The notes: a model not told the origin generated them from the letters alone. DNA of 64,000 nucleotides from an uncultured Actinomycetes bacterium (GCA_963810945.1 CAWEPI010000004.1:42104-106103), one strand, 5' to 3'. Shown: positions 52,704 to 63,883, counted from the stretch's first letter. Numbers and translations: made by a program.

Positions 52704-54194
52704 TTGGAGCGCGGGGGGTACCGGATGACCACGACGGGTGACGAGTCTCAGGCGGTCGAGCAGGCCGGCGGGGAGAACCTGACCAAGGCGGAAGGGGAGA
52801 TGAAGATCGCCCCGAAGGTGATCCCGCACCCCAGCATCGAGGAACGGGCGCACCGCGGCCGGGAGGCTCGCAAGAAGGTGACCCGCGCCAGCCACGGGGG
52901 ATGGGCGCCGGCCGGCGACCGTCCCGATCCCGTGGCACTCCTCGTCGAGCAGGACGCTCGTCGCGAGGCCGATCTGGTCCCGGTCCGGCACGGACGGATG
53001 ATGGTCTCCCCGTTCACGTTCTACCGCGGGGCGGCCCGCATCATGGCGCACGACCTCGCCGTCTCGGCGCCGTCGGGGCTGACCGTGCAGCTGTGCGGCG
53101 ACGCTCACCTCTCCAACTTCGGACTCTTCGCCTCGCCGGAGCGAACCCTCGTCTTCGATCTGAACGATTTCGACGAGACCCTCCCCGGTCCGTTCGAATG
53201 GGACGTGAAGCGGATGGCCGCGAGCTTCACGATCGCGGGGCGCAACAACGCCTTCAAGCGGAAGGATGTGGTGGCGGCCACGACGGCCTCCGTGGAGACC
53301 TACCGGACGTCGATGGCGGCCTTCGCCGACATGCGCACGCTCGACGTGTGGTACTCGTACCTCAGCGTGGAGGACATCCTCGACCAGCTGGGGTCGGGCA
53401 CCGTCCGCAAGAACGCCCAGAAGATCGCCGACAAGGCCCGCATGCGCGACAGCATCCAGGCGCTCTCGAAGCTCGCCGCCGTGCAGGATGGCCAGTACCG
53501 GATCGTGTCGCAGCCGCCGATCGTGGTCCCGCTCCGCGAGCTCGCCGGCCAGATGGATCCGGTCGAGGTCGCGAACGGCGTGCACGGGATGTTCCGTGAG
53601 TACCGCGCCTCGCTCCAGCCCGATCGGCGGCTGCTCCTGGAGCGCTTCGAGGTGGTCGACATCGCCCGCAAGGTGGTCGGCGTCGGGAGCGTGGGCACGC
53701 GCTCGTTCATCGTGCTCGGACAGGGGCGAGACGGCGGCGACCCCTTCTTCCTCCAGGTGAAGGAGGCCACCAGATCGGTCCTCGAGGATCGGTTGCCGAA
53801 GAGCCGGTACCGCAACCACGGGGAGCGGGTCGTGCAGGGGCAACGCCTGATGCAGGCCGCCAGCGACATCTTCCTCGGATGGTCCAAGGGCGCCGACACC
53901 AGCCGGCACTTCTACTGGCGCCAGCTCCGCGATATGAAGGGGTCGATCGATGTGGAGCGCGCGCGGCCGGACGGGTTCCTCTCGTACGCGCGGGCGTGCG
54001 GATGGACGCTCGCGCGGGCCCATGCGCGTACGGGCGATCCCATCGCGATCTCCGCGTACCTCGGCAAGAGCGATGCCTTCGACAGGGCGATCATGGAGTT
54101 CTCCGACATCTACGCCGATCAGAACGAGCTCGACCACGCCGCCTTCCTGAAGGCGATCGACGAGGGGCGGATCGAGGCGATCGAGGGGATCTGA
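52704..54194 (+). CDS. DUF2252 domain-containing protein
   Basis: RMMVSPFTFYRGAA...VQLCGDAHLSNFG...LVFDLNDFDETLPGPFEWDVKRMAAS matches the conserved core of the uncharacterised DUF2252 family. The start could be 52725. Confidence 0.7.
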   Translation: MERGGYRMTTTGDESQAVEQAGGENLTKAEGEMKIAPKVIPHPSIEERAHRGREARKKVTRASHGGWAPAGDRPDPVALLVEQDARREADLVPVRHGRMMVSPFTFYRGAARIMAHDLAVSAPSGLTVQLCGDAHLSNFGLFASPERTLVFDLNDFDETLPGPFEWDVKRMAASFTIAGRNNAFKRKDVVAATTASVETYRTSMAAFADMRTLDVWYSYLSVEDILDQLGSGTVRKNAQKIADKARMRDSIQALSKLAAVQDGQYRIVSQPPIVVPLRELAGQMDPVEVANGVHGMFREYRASLQPDRRLLLERFEVVDIARKVVGVGSVGTRSFIVLGQGRDGGDPFFLQVKEATRSVLEDRLPKSRYRNHGERVVQGQRLMQAASDIFLGWSKGADTSRHFYWRQLRDMKGSIDVERARPDGFLSYARACGWTLARAHARTGDPIAISAYLGKSDAFDRAIMEFSDIYADQNELDHAAFLKAIDEGRIEAIEGI

Positions 54195-54197
54195 GCC

Positions 54198-55662
54198 TCA
54201 CCGTGATAGGCGCTCGAGCACGTTGCGCGTGACCCGTGCGACGTCCGGGTCGCCCAGGCCGTAGGCCCAGTCGGTGCAGCCCGCGTTGAACACGGTGCCG
54301 CCTCCCGGGGTGGTGAACGTGCCCACCACCGCCCGGTTGTTGCGGAGGTGGTCGGTGTGGTCCCGCCAGTCCTCGCCGTGGATCGCCATCGCGACGGATT
54401 CGAGCTCGCCCGGCTCGTGCGCGTACCGGATGGGCTGCTCGTCCTGCGACCACAGATGTGCCGGGGCGGTGGCGAGCACCTCGAGGGTCCGGGGCGCGCC
54501 GTCCGCGTGCGTGGGAACCGGCAGGCCGTCCGCCAGCGTGAGCTCGCAGCCGTCCACCTCGTAGGCCACGATGGCGTCGGCCGCGCCCAGCGCGTCGCCG
54601 AACCGCAGGTCGGTGCCGGCGAAGACCCAGTGGTCGGGGCGCCAGACCGTGTAGGCCGCGGTGCCGCGCGGGACCCCCAACCCGTACCGCGAGTAGCCGC
54701 CCCGCGAGAACGACAGGCCGGTCGTCGAGTACTCGGGCCAGTCGATGCGCCGATCGACCCAGGCGCTCGTGATCCGCCGTTCATCGGGGCTCCCGGCGAC
54801 CGGGTCCTCGTCGGCTCCGTACTTGAAGCAGATCATCTGACGGCCCCCGTCCTCGAAGCGCACCTGCCAGTAGCAGGTGTTCCCCGTGAAGAACGCCGCG
54901 TTGTCACCGTTGGTCGTGTGACGCTCGACGGCCTCCCGCATGCCCCACGACCAGTACTCATCGTGGCCCACGGACAGGTAGAGCCGGTGGTCGTCGAGGA
55001 GCTCCGGATGCTCCTCCAGGTCCTGGCTCACGGCCACGTCCACGCGGAAGCCCTCCCGCTCGGCCCAGTGCAGGAAGGGGCGCTCCCAGTTCCACCATCC
55101 GGCGCCGCCGCTCCACACAGACAGACCCAGCGGCTCGGCCCACTCGAAGAACCAGAGCGCCTCGCGGTCCGGATGCGGCTGGGCCTTCCGGCGGTGCGGC
55201 TCGGGCTTCACCAGGAAGCCGGGCGCGAGCGGCCGCTCGAAGGACACCCGCGTCCCCCCCGTGTACAGCGAGGGGCCTCCCCAGTCGTTGTAGGCGTTCC
55301 ACGTGGTGGTGGCGAGGACCATGAGGATGGGAGCCGGATCGTCGGCGCTGAGGGCGGATCACCGCGAAGGCGTCGGCGCGCTCGTCGCCGGTGCTGACCG
55401 TCACGGCGTAGTAGCCGGATGCCCAGTCGCCATCGGTGGGGATCGCGAGGGTGAGCGGCCATCCGCAACCGTTCGCGGCTGCGTCCGACGGGGCCGTGAG
55501 GTGCGCCCCGGCCACGCCCGTGGCCGACCAGACGACGTCGCGCGTCGCCCCGTCGCGGGCGACCTCCACGTCGAAGGCGCCGGCGTCCGTCGAGACGTGC
55601 AGCGCCACGGGCTCGCCCGCGGCCACGCTCTGGGGCCAGCAGTACGCCTCGATCATGGTCAT
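54198..55662 (-). pseudogene. hypothetical protein, weakly N,N-dimethylformamidase large-subunit-like, with one frameshift
   Basis: The N-terminal about 105 aa ([12 protein letters not shown]...FAVIRP) is in the frame of ORF 54958..57138. The remainder (ILMVLATTTWNAYNDWGG...) is in ORF 54198..55322. The shift is at about 55345. Its ATG overlaps the stop of the upstream cyclase gene (ATGA). Confidence 0.4.
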
Positions 55663-57009
55663 CCTGCGACCACCCGGTAGAGGCGCCAGCGGTCGGGCAC
55701 GCCCTTCAGCTCGTGCTCGCCGGTGTCGTCGAAGGTGAAGCCCGAGCCGGCCACGAGATCCTTCACGGTCTGGGAGACCAGCACCTCCGAGGCTCCGGCG
55801 TTGGCCGCCACGCGGGCACCGATCGAGACCGTGAGGCCCCCGCACTTGTCGTCGATCACCTCGCACTCGCCCGTGTGGACGCCTGCCCGCACCTCGATGC
55901 CCAGGCGGACGGACCCGCTCGGTCACCTCCATCGCGCAGCGGATCGCGCGCGCCGGTCCGTCGAACGTGGCGTAGAAGCCGTCGCCCGCCGTGTCGTTCT
56001 CGATGCCGCGCCAGCGTGCGAGCGCGTCGCGCACGACGGCGTGGTGCCTGAGCACGAGCTCCTTCCACGCGCGGTCGCCGCGGGCCGCCTGGATCCTCGT
56101 CGAGTCGACGATGTCCGTGAAGAGCACCGTGGACAGGATCGTGTCGAGGCCGGACGGCCCAAGCTCGGCCCCGATGAACGATCGGATGGCCTCCATCGCC
56201 GCGCTCCGCACGGCGGCGGCCGACTCGCTCGTCCCGGGGATCAGACGCAGCTCGCACGACGGCAGCAGCGACGCCGCGTACGCGACCTCCTCCGTGTGGG
56301 GGTCATCCTCGAGCCAGAGCAGCAGGGCCGGGACGCGCACGGCGGGGAGCACGCCACGGACGTCGGTCTCGTTCCAGATCTCGTTGAGCTCCAGGGCCAC
56401 GTCGGGGGTGCCCGTGTGGCGGCTCAATCTCCCGATCGCCGGCGACGAGGCGGGATCGATCAGGTGTCCGGTCGAGGCCTCCACGTCGCGGAAAGCGTCG
56501 CCGAACGCCGTGGTGCCCCAGTGGTCCTCGATCGCCGTGCGGAAGCGTCGCGTGTAGTCGGGATCCACGCCCCACGGGTAGTCGGGCGCCCAGAGCGAGC
56601 GCGCCGACGCCCCCCACCACACGAGCGAGCGGACCCGTTCCGGTTCCGCGGCGGCGAACAGGACGTTGGGGGCCCCGCCCTCCATCGCCCCGCCGAGCAC
56701 CGCCTGCTCGACGCCGGCCGCGTCGAGCACGAGGCGGAGGTCGTCGACGCGCGTCTCGAGGTTGGGGAGCGCGACGTTGCGGCTCGACAGACCGGTGCCG
56801 CGCCGGTCGTGCAGGATCAGTCGGGAGAACGAGGCGAGATCGCGGAGCCACGTCGACGCGTCGGGCGAGTCCCACATGACGTCGACGTTGCCGAAGAAGT
56901 CGAACTGCCACACGAGGTCGATCGGGCCGTCCCCGACGACCTGGTACGCGATGTAGCACCCGTCGGGCGCGCGCGCGTACCGGGTCTGGGGGACATCCAC
57001 AACTTGCAT
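55659..57009 (-). pseudogene. alpha/beta-hydrolase domain fused to a class III adenylate/guanylate cyclase domain, with one frameshift in the cyclase domain
   Basis: N-terminal hydrolase fold. Then FTDIVDSTRI...GDGFYATFDGPARAIRCAMEV (cyclase N-half). After the shift at about 55897: [11 protein letters not shown]...[13 protein letters not shown] (cyclase C-half, ORF 55659..55892). Confidence 0.65.
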
Positions 57010-57073
57010 CCTCCGTCGGCGGGGAGCCACCGACAAACCGGGCCGTGCACGGCGTTCGCTAGACTGCCCGGAC

Positions 57074-57478
57074 ATGGCCGGCAAGCACCGCATCATCGTG
57101 GCGAAGCCCGGACTCGACGGGCACGACCGCGGGGCCAAGGTGGTCGCGCGCGCGCTGCGGGACGCCGGCTTCGAGGTGATCTACACCGGCCTGCACCAGA
57201 CCCCCGAGCAGATCGCCGAGACCGCCATCCAGGAGGACGCCGACGCCGTGGGTCTGTCGTGTCATTCGGGCGCGCACATGACGCTCTTCCCCAAGGTCGT
57301 CGCCGAACTGCGCGCGCGGGGGGCCGGCGACATCCTCGTCTTCGGCGGTGGCATCATCCCGGCCGAGGACATCCCCGAGCTCGAGGCCGACGGCATCGAG
57401 AAGGTGTTCACGCCGGGCGCCAACACCGTCGACATCGCGACCTGGCTGAACGAGCGTCTGAGCGCCCCCAACCCGTAA
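57074..57478 (+). CDS. cobalamin (B12)-binding domain protein (methylmalonyl-CoA mutase C-terminal domain-like, stand-alone)
   Basis: 134 aa. [21 protein letters not shown] is the DxHxxG B12-binding motif. Confidence 0.75.
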   Translation: MAGKHRIIVAKPGLDGHDRGAKVVARALRDAGFEVIYTGLHQTPEQIAETAIQEDADAVGLSCHSGAHMTLFPKVVAELRARGAGDILVFGGGIIPAEDIPELEADGIEKVFTPGANTVDIATWLNERLSAPNP

Positions 57479-57491
57479 CGAAAGGGTCCCC

Positions 57492-58636
57492 GTGGATCTG
57501 TACGAGCATCAGGGCAAGGAGCTGTTCCGGGCGCAGGGCATCCCCACGCCGCGCGGCATCGTCGCGACCAGCGCCGAGGAGGCCGCGGACGCCACGCGGG
57601 AGCTGGGCGGGAGGTCCGTCGTCAAGGTGCAGGTGCAGGTGGGCGGTCGCGGCAAGGGTGGCGGGGTGGTGGTGGTGGACTCGCCCGAGCGCGCGGCGGA
57701 GGAGGCCGCACGCATGCTGGGCACCGACTTCAAGGGGCATCCCGTCACCCAGGTGCTCTGCGAGGAGCTCCTGCCGATCGCGCAGGAGTACTACACGTCG
57801 ATCCTGCTCGACCGCTCCACCGGGGACTACCTGGCGATGATGACGGCCGAGGGCGGGATGGACATCGAGGAGCTCGCCCGTACGCGCCCCGAGGCGCTCC
57901 GCCGGGTGCACGTCGACGCGATGCTCGGGATGCGCGCGTATCCACGTGCGCGACCTCACGGGGTGCCTGCCCTCCGAGGCGCGCGAGGGCGCCGGCGACG
58001 CGCTCAGGCGCATGTACGCGCTGCTCCAGGAGCAGGACGCCACCCTGGTGGAGATCAACCCCCTCGTCCTGCTGGAGGACGGGCGCGTGATCGCGCTCGA
58101 CGCGAAGGTCACGGTCGACGACAACGCGCTGTACCGCCACGACGACATCGAGGCGATGAAGGCGGCCTTCCCGATCGACCCGGTGCAGGCGCGTGCGAAC
58201 GAGAAGGGGCTCCAGTACGTGAAGCTCGAGGGGAACGTGGGGATCATCGGCAACGGCGCGGGCCTCGTGATGTCCACGCTCGACCTGGTGGCCCAGGCGG
58301 GCGCGAAGGCCGCCAACTTCCTGGACGTGGGTGGTGGAGCGAGCGCCGACCAGATGGCCACGTCGCTCGAGGTCGTGCTCTCCGATCCGGCGGTGAAGGC
58401 GGTGTTCATCAACATCTTCGGCGGCATCACGCGATGCGATCTGGTTGCCAGGGCGTGCTCGCCGCGCTCGAGCGCGTCCCGGCAACCGTCCCCCTGGTGG
58501 TCAGGTTGGACGGGACGAACGCCGAGGATGGCCGGCGGATCCTCACCGAGGCCGCTCACCCGCGGATCGTGCCCGCGGCCACCATGTGGAGGCCGCCGAG
58601 CGCGCCGCCGCGCTCGCGAACGGGGAGGCGGCATGA
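57492..58636 (+). pseudogene. sucC: succinate--CoA ligase (ADP-forming) beta subunit, interrupted by three frameshifts
   Basis: MDLYEHQGKELF... is in frame 0 to about 57945. Frame 1 covers about 57946-58440 ([20 protein letters not shown]...[10 protein letters not shown]). Frame 0 resumes about 58440-58600 ([17 protein letters not shown]). Frame 2 carries the last about 12 codons ([15 protein letters not shown]). Confidence 0.8.
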
Positions 58637-59503
58637 GCGTCCTGGTGGGCACCGAGACGCGCCTCGTCGTGGCCGGCGTCACCGGGAAGGAAGGCACGTT
58701 CCACACGCTGCGCAACCGGGCCTACGGCACCCAGGTCGTCGCGGGCGTCACGCCGGGCAAGGCGGGGCAGGATGTCGACGGCATCCCGGTGTACGACACC
58801 GTCGCCGACGCGGTGCGCGAGCAAGGCGCGAACTCCTCGATGATCTTCGTGCCGCCCCGCTTCGCCGCCGAGGCCATCCTCGAGGCGGCCGACGCCGGGG
58901 TGGCGCTCGTCGTCTGCATCACCGAGGGGATCCCGGTGCTCGACATGGCGCGCGTGCACGCGCTACCTGAAGGGGCGCGACACGCTGCTGGTCGGGCCGA
59001 ACTGCCCCGGCGTGATCAGCCCCGGCGAGGCGAACGTCGGCATCATCCCTCCCGAGGTCTGCATGCCGGGCCGCGTGGGGTTCGTGAGCCGTTCGGGCAC
59101 GCTCGTCTACCAGATCGTGCACGAGCTCACCCAGCGGGGGATCGGGCAATCGACCTGCATCGGGATGGGGGGCGATCCGGTGCACGGGATCGGCTTCATC
59201 GAGTCGCTCGCGATGCTCGAGGCCGACGACGGGACCGACCTGATGATCATGACCGGGGAGATCGGCGGCGACGACGAGGAGCGGGCGGCCGCCTACATCG
59301 CGGAGCACGTGCGCAAGCCGGTCGTGGCCTACATCGCCGGTTTCGAGGCGCCGCCGGGCAAACGGATGGGGCACGCGGGGGCCATCGTCACGGGCTCTCA
59401 GGGGACCGCGGCCGCCAAGGCGGAGGCCCTGGAGGCCAACGGCGTGCGCGTGGCGCGGACCCCGAGCCAGGTGGCGGAGCTGGTCCAGGACGCCCTGGGA
59501 TGA
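58633..59503 (+). pseudogene. sucD: succinate--CoA ligase alpha subunit, one frameshift
   Basis: ATGA overlap with suc[26 protein letters not shown]... is in frame 1 to about 58960. [22 protein letters not shown]...[10 protein letters not shown] is in frame 2 (ORF 59012..59503). Confidence 0.8.
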
Positions 59504-60760
59504 TCCGCGCCGTGGGCCGGGGCGCGCTGGCGGCCCTGGTCGCGACCCTGCTCGGGCAGTTGCCGCCGCTGCTGATCGACCTCTTCGGCGGCGGGCTCGC
59601 GGTCGCCACGGCCGTGCGGATCGGGTGGTTCTACACCCTCGGGTTCAACCACGTCGCGATCCGCGATCGTCGGGATCGCCCCGGACGCGGGGAACGCGAT
59701 CACGTTCGAGGGCGCGGTCCTCGGCGGGACGGCCCTCGTGGTGTGGCTGCTCTTCCGGATCGGGGCGGCGCTGGGGACGGCATCGGCCGGTGCGCGGTCC
59801 CGACTCGCGATCGGGCTGGCGGTGGCCGTCGGCTACGCGCTCCCCATCTCCCTCGTCACGGCGGCGGTGCATCTGCGGTTGCGGATCCCCGGGCCCTTCC
59901 TGCCCGGGCGCGTCGACATCCACGGCGTCGTGTGGCAGTCGTTCCTCCTCCCGTTCGCGATCGGGTTCACGGCCTGCTTGGCCGGTCTCTTCGTCGCGGA
60001 TCCCGGCGGCCTGCCCCCCCGCGCCCGTGCCTGGATCACCGGCGGGTGGCGCGCCTTCGGATGGGCGCTGGGTCTGTCGCTCGTGGGACTCCTCGTCCTC
60101 GCGACGCTTCGCCCACAGGGCACGGCTCACTACAGCCGGGTCGTGACGGCGCCCGGTCCGAGGGTGGCCTCCCTCCTCCTGGGCCACCATCTGGCGTTCG
60201 CGCCGAACGCGGCCACGTTCCTGCTCACGCCGGCGATGGGCGGATGCGTCTCCGCGCGCGGCTCCTCGGGGGCGGTCGACGTGCTCTGTCCGCGCACCGT
60301 CCCCGACCTCGGCCCGGGCAACGACGTGCTGGACGCGTGGGCGATCAAGCTCCTGAGCGGTGGGCGGGAAGTTCCGACCGCGCCGGCCCCCGCGGCGATG
60401 CTGCTGCTCCTGCTGATCCCGGCCGGCGCCCTCGCGGTGGCGGGACTGCACCTGGGTCGGGGGGCGGGGTCGCGCCGCGAGGCCTTGATCCGTGCGGTGG
60501 GCGCGACCGCGGTCTTCGCGGCGCTGGTGACGGCGGCCGCCTGGGCCTCGACGATCGCGCTGACGGAGACGTTCGCCGCCTCGGACGCCGCCGGGCGGAC
60601 CGCCTGGATCCGGCTCGGCCCACGCCTGCCGGAGCTCACCGGGCTGGCGATCGTATGGGGGCTGGTCGGACTGAGCGTGGGGGCGGTCGTGTCCGTGCGT
60701 CAGAAGCCGCTGGGGCCGGGGCCTGCGGGAGGCGACGAGGTGGTGCCGACCTCCGCGTAG
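59500..60760 (+). pseudogene. hypothetical polytopic membrane protein, one frameshift
   Basis: ATGA overlap with sucD. The N-terminal about 55 aa ([21 protein letters not shown]...) is in frame 1. The rest ([10 protein letters not shown]...VWLLFRIG..., 8-10 TM helices) is in frame 2 from about 59665. Confidence 0.5.
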
Positions 60761-61581
60761 TGCGGCTCGATCTGCGTGTAGCGCCGCCACGCGGCCGCCC
60801 ATCCGGTGTCGTCGCGCGGGAACTTCTCCACGGGGGCCGCCGGCGCCTGCCGGTCCCAGATGCCGAAGAACGTGCGCCCGTAGCCGAGCAGGTATCGCGA
60901 TCCCGAGTGGGTGTACTGCAGGGCCTCGGTGTCGCTGGAGTCGGGCGGCACCATGCCCGGCTGGGGTGCGGCCGGAGACGGGGTGCCGCCGGCGTCGGGC
61001 ACGGGCATGTGCCTCGGCTCGAGCGATGCGAATCGGGTCCACGCCTGCCGCCACCCCTCATCCGTGCGCGCGAAGCGCTCCGCGGGTGTCGACGGCGCCT
61101 GCCGATCCCAGATGCCGAAGAAGTCGGCCCCGTACCCCAGGACGTAGCGGTAGCCCGAGTGCGTGTAACGGACCGAGCCCTGGTCGACGCCGGGTGAGGG
61201 GGCCGTCGTGGCCGCCGCGACGCCGCCGGCGGGCGGCGATGTCGTCGCCGGTGCGGGCGAGGAAGCGGGTGCCGGCGTCGTTCCGGTCGCCATGCTCGAG
61301 GTGATCACGGGTTCGGACACGGGCGCCTGCGCTCCGGCCTCCGCGTCCTCGCCCGACGACGCCCCGCCCGCCAGCGCCTCGCCTGCAGATCCCTCCCGTG
61401 CCGATGCGTCGTCCGCAGGACCCTGGGTGCCGGGGGACGCCGATGCGGCGTCGGCGTCACCAGGCGTGACGCTGGGCGACGAGGAAGCCGTGGGGGGCGG
61501 GACCGTGAGGTCGCTGTGGCAGTACCGGCACTTGATCGCCGCGTCCTGGATCTCCTCCGCGCAATAGGGGCACGTCTTCAC
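60700..61581 (-). CDS. zinc-ribbon protein with a Pro/Ser/Ala-rich linker and two tandem about 55-aa C-terminal repeats
   Basis: GTG start with RBS GAAAGGA upstream. [20 protein letters not shown] is a 4-Cys zinc ribbon. Repeat 1 is [32 protein letters not shown].... Repeat 2 is [32 protein letters not shown]..... Confidence 0.55.
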   Translation of the reverse strand: MKTCPYCAEEIQDAAIKCRYCHSDLTVPPPTASSSPSVTPGDADAASASPGTQGPADDASAREGSAGEALAGGASSGEDAEAGAQAPVSEPVITSSMATGTTPAPASSPAPATTSPPAGGVAAATTAPSPGVDQGSVRYTHSGYRYVLGYGADFFGIWDRQAPSTPAERFARTDEGWRQAWTRFASLEPRHMPVPDAGGTPSPAAPQPGMVPPDSSDTEALQYTHSGSRYLLGYGRTFFGIWDRQAPAAPVEKFPRDDTGWAAAWRRYTQIEPHYAEVGTTSSPPAGPGPSGF

Positions 61582-61607
61582 GCTCGGTCCTTTCGGTCGG
61601 TGCCTTC

Positions 61608-61648
61608 CCTCTCGGGCCCTCTCAGGCCCTCTCGGGGCCCTCTCGGGC
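61608..61648. repeat. tandem 10-11-nt repeat (CCCTCTCGGG/CCCTCTCAGG) x4 in the divergent promoter region between the zinc-ribbon gene and purN
   Basis: Four consecutive near-identical decamers read directly from the sequence. Confidence 0.6.
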
Positions 61649-61721
61649 ATCGCGCGTTCCCGCGCGAGGCCGCAGCGCAAGGATACGCGCTCTGGCCTGG
61701 GCGGATGAACAGCGTGGTAGC

Positions 61722-62342
61722 GTGCCGTCTTCCATGGACGGACGGCTCGCGGTGCTCGTGTCCGGCTCGGGGACGAACCTCCAGGCGCTCCTGGACGAGC
61801 CGTCGATCGCCCCCCACGTCGTCGTGGTGCTCTCCGATCGCCCGGGGGTCAAGGCGCTCGAGCGTGCGGTTGCGGCCGGCGTGCCGACGGTGGTCGTCGA
61901 GTTCGGTGCGTTCGCCGACCGCGCGGCGTACACGACCGCCGTCCTCGACGAGCTGCGGGCACGGGACGTCGACGGCGTGGTGCTCGCGGGCTTCATGCGG
62001 GTGCTGGGCCCAACGTTCTTCCAGGTCTTCCCCGACCGGGTGCTGAACGTCCATCCCGCCCTGCTGCCGGCCTTCCCCGGGGCGCACGCCGTGCAGGACG
62101 CCCTGGATTGGGGGGCCAAGGTCACCGGCGTCACGGTGCATCTGGTGGACGAAGAGGTCGACCACGGGCCGATCGTGCTCCAGGAAGCCGTCGCGATCCG
62201 GGAGGACGACATCTGGGATTCGTTGGAGCTACGCATCCACGACGCCGAACATCGGCTGCTGCCCCGTGCGGTCACGGCGCTGCTCGATGGCCGCCTCGTC
62301 GTGGAGGGCCGCAGGGTGCAGATCGTCGAGGGGGAGACATGA
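61722..62342 (+). CDS. purN: phosphoribosylglycinamide formyltransferase
   Basis: LAVLVSGSGTNLQAL N-terminus and the NVHPALLPAFPG catalytic loop. Confidence 0.85.
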   Translation: MPSSMDGRLAVLVSGSGTNLQALLDEPSIAPHVVVVLSDRPGVKALERAVAAGVPTVVVEFGAFADRAAYTTAVLDELRARDVDGVVLAGFMRVLGPTFFQVFPDRVLNVHPALLPAFPGAHAVQDALDWGAKVTGVTVHLVDEEVDHGPIVLQEAVAIREDDIWDSLELRIHDAEHRLLPRAVTALLDGRLVVEGRRVQIVEGET

Positions 62343-63883
62343 GCGACGCGAAGCTGGTCCGCCGGGCGCTGCTGGCGGTCTACGACAAAGGAGGCGTGGT
62401 CGACCTGGCTCGCGCCCTGGTCGAACTGGGGGTGGAGCTCGTGTCGTCCGGCGGAACCGCGACCACCTTGCGCGAGTCCGGCTTGCCGGTGACGTCGGTC
62501 GAGGAGGTGACCGGCTCGCCGGAGATGCTGGACGGCCGCGTGAAGACGCTCCACCCCAAGATCCATGCGGGGATCCTGGCGGATCGTCGGAAGCCGTCCC
62601 ACGTCGACCAGCTCCGGGAGCAGGGGATCGAGCCGTTCGATCTGGTGGTCGTGAACCTCTACCCGTTCCGCGAGACCGTGGCGAGCGGGGCCTCGCCCGA
62701 CGAGGTGATCGAGAAGATCGATATCGGGGGACCGGCCATGGTGCGCGCGGCGGCCAAGAACTTCGAATCGGTCGGGGTGGTCGTGGAACCCACGCGGTAC
62801 GCGGGCGTCATCGCGGAGCTGCGGGAGCACGGAGGCCTCCTGCGCGAGACGCGCAGGACCCTGGCCGCGGCGGCGTTCGCGCACACCGCCGCCTACGACG
62901 CGGCGGTCGCCGACTGGTTCGCCGCGTTCACCGTCGAGGGTGACGCGCTGCCCGCCTACGTGGGGCTGGCCTACGAGCGGATCGGCGAGCTCCGTTACGG
63001 CGAGAACCCCCACCAACGCGCCGCGCTCTATCGAGAGGCCGCGACCGCGGGGCCGCTGCAGGGCGCGAAGGTGTTGCAGGGCAAAGAGATGTCGTTCAAC
63101 AACTGGCTCGACGCCTACGCGGCCCACGAGCTGGCAGGGGCGATGCCCTCCGGGAGCGCCGTCATCGTCAAACACAACAACCCCTGCGGCGCGGCGGCAA
63201 AGGGCTCGCTCGCGGACAGCTACCGGGCCGCGTTCGCCTGCGACGAAGTCTCCGCCTTCGGGGGGATCGTCGCGTTCCACGGCGAGGTCGACGTGGACGC
63301 GGCGCAGGCGATGGCCGACGTCTTCACCGAGGTCGTGATCGCGCCCTCGTACACGGCCGCCGCGTCCGCGGCGTTCTCGGACCGACCCAACCTGCGCATC
63401 GTCTCGGCACCCATGCTCGGGGGAGTCGGCCTCGACGTGCGGCCCCTGCCCGGCGGTGCGCTCATCCAGGACCGCGACACGCTCGGCGAGACGCGCGCCG
63501 ATTGGAAGGTGGTCTCGAGCCGTGAGCCCACGAGCGCGGAATGGGACGACCTCGAACTCGCGTGGAGGGTCGCGTGGCGGGTGAAATCCAACACGATCGT
63601 GTTGGTGAAGGACGGGGCGACCGTGGGCGTCGGAGCGGGGCAGATGTCGCGCGTGGACTCGTCGTGGATCGCGGCGCGCAAGGCCGGTGACCGCGCGCGC
63701 GGCGCGGTGGTCGCCTCCGATGCGTTCTTCCCGTTCCCCGACGCGCTCGAGGTCGCGGCCGACGCCGGCTGCACGGCCGTGATCCACCCGGGAGGGTCCA
63801 GGGGCGACGAGGAGGTCCTGGCGGTGGCGGAGGAGCGTGGGATGGCGGTCGTGCTCACCGGCACGCGCCACTTCCGTCACTGA
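62339..63883 (+). CDS. purH: bifunctional AICAR transformylase / IMP cyclohydrolase
   Basis: ATGA overlap with purN. An MGS-like domain (SSGGTA) plus the AICARFT domain. About 514 aa. Confidence 0.9.
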   Translation: MSDAKLVRRALLAVYDKGGVVDLARALVELGVELVSSGGTATTLRESGLPVTSVEEVTGSPEMLDGRVKTLHPKIHAGILADRRKPSHVDQLREQGIEPFDLVVVNLYPFRETVASGASPDEVIEKIDIGGPAMVRAAAKNFESVGVVVEPTRYAGVIAELREHGGLLRETRRTLAAAAFAHTAAYDAAVADWFAAFTVEGDALPAYVGLAYERIGELRYGENPHQRAALYREAATAGPLQGAKVLQGKEMSFNNWLDAYAAHELAGAMPSGSAVIVKHNNPCGAAAKGSLADSYRAAFACDEVSAFGGIVAFHGEVDVDAAQAMADVFTEVVIAPSYTAAASAAFSDRPNLRIVSAPMLGGVGLDVRPLPGGALIQDRDTLGETRADWKVVSSREPTSAEWDDLELAWRVAWRVKSNTIVLVKDGATVGVGAGQMSRVDSSWIAARKAGDRARGAVVASDAFFPFPDALEVAADAGCTAVIHPGGSRGDEEVLAVAEERGMAVVLTGTRHFRH

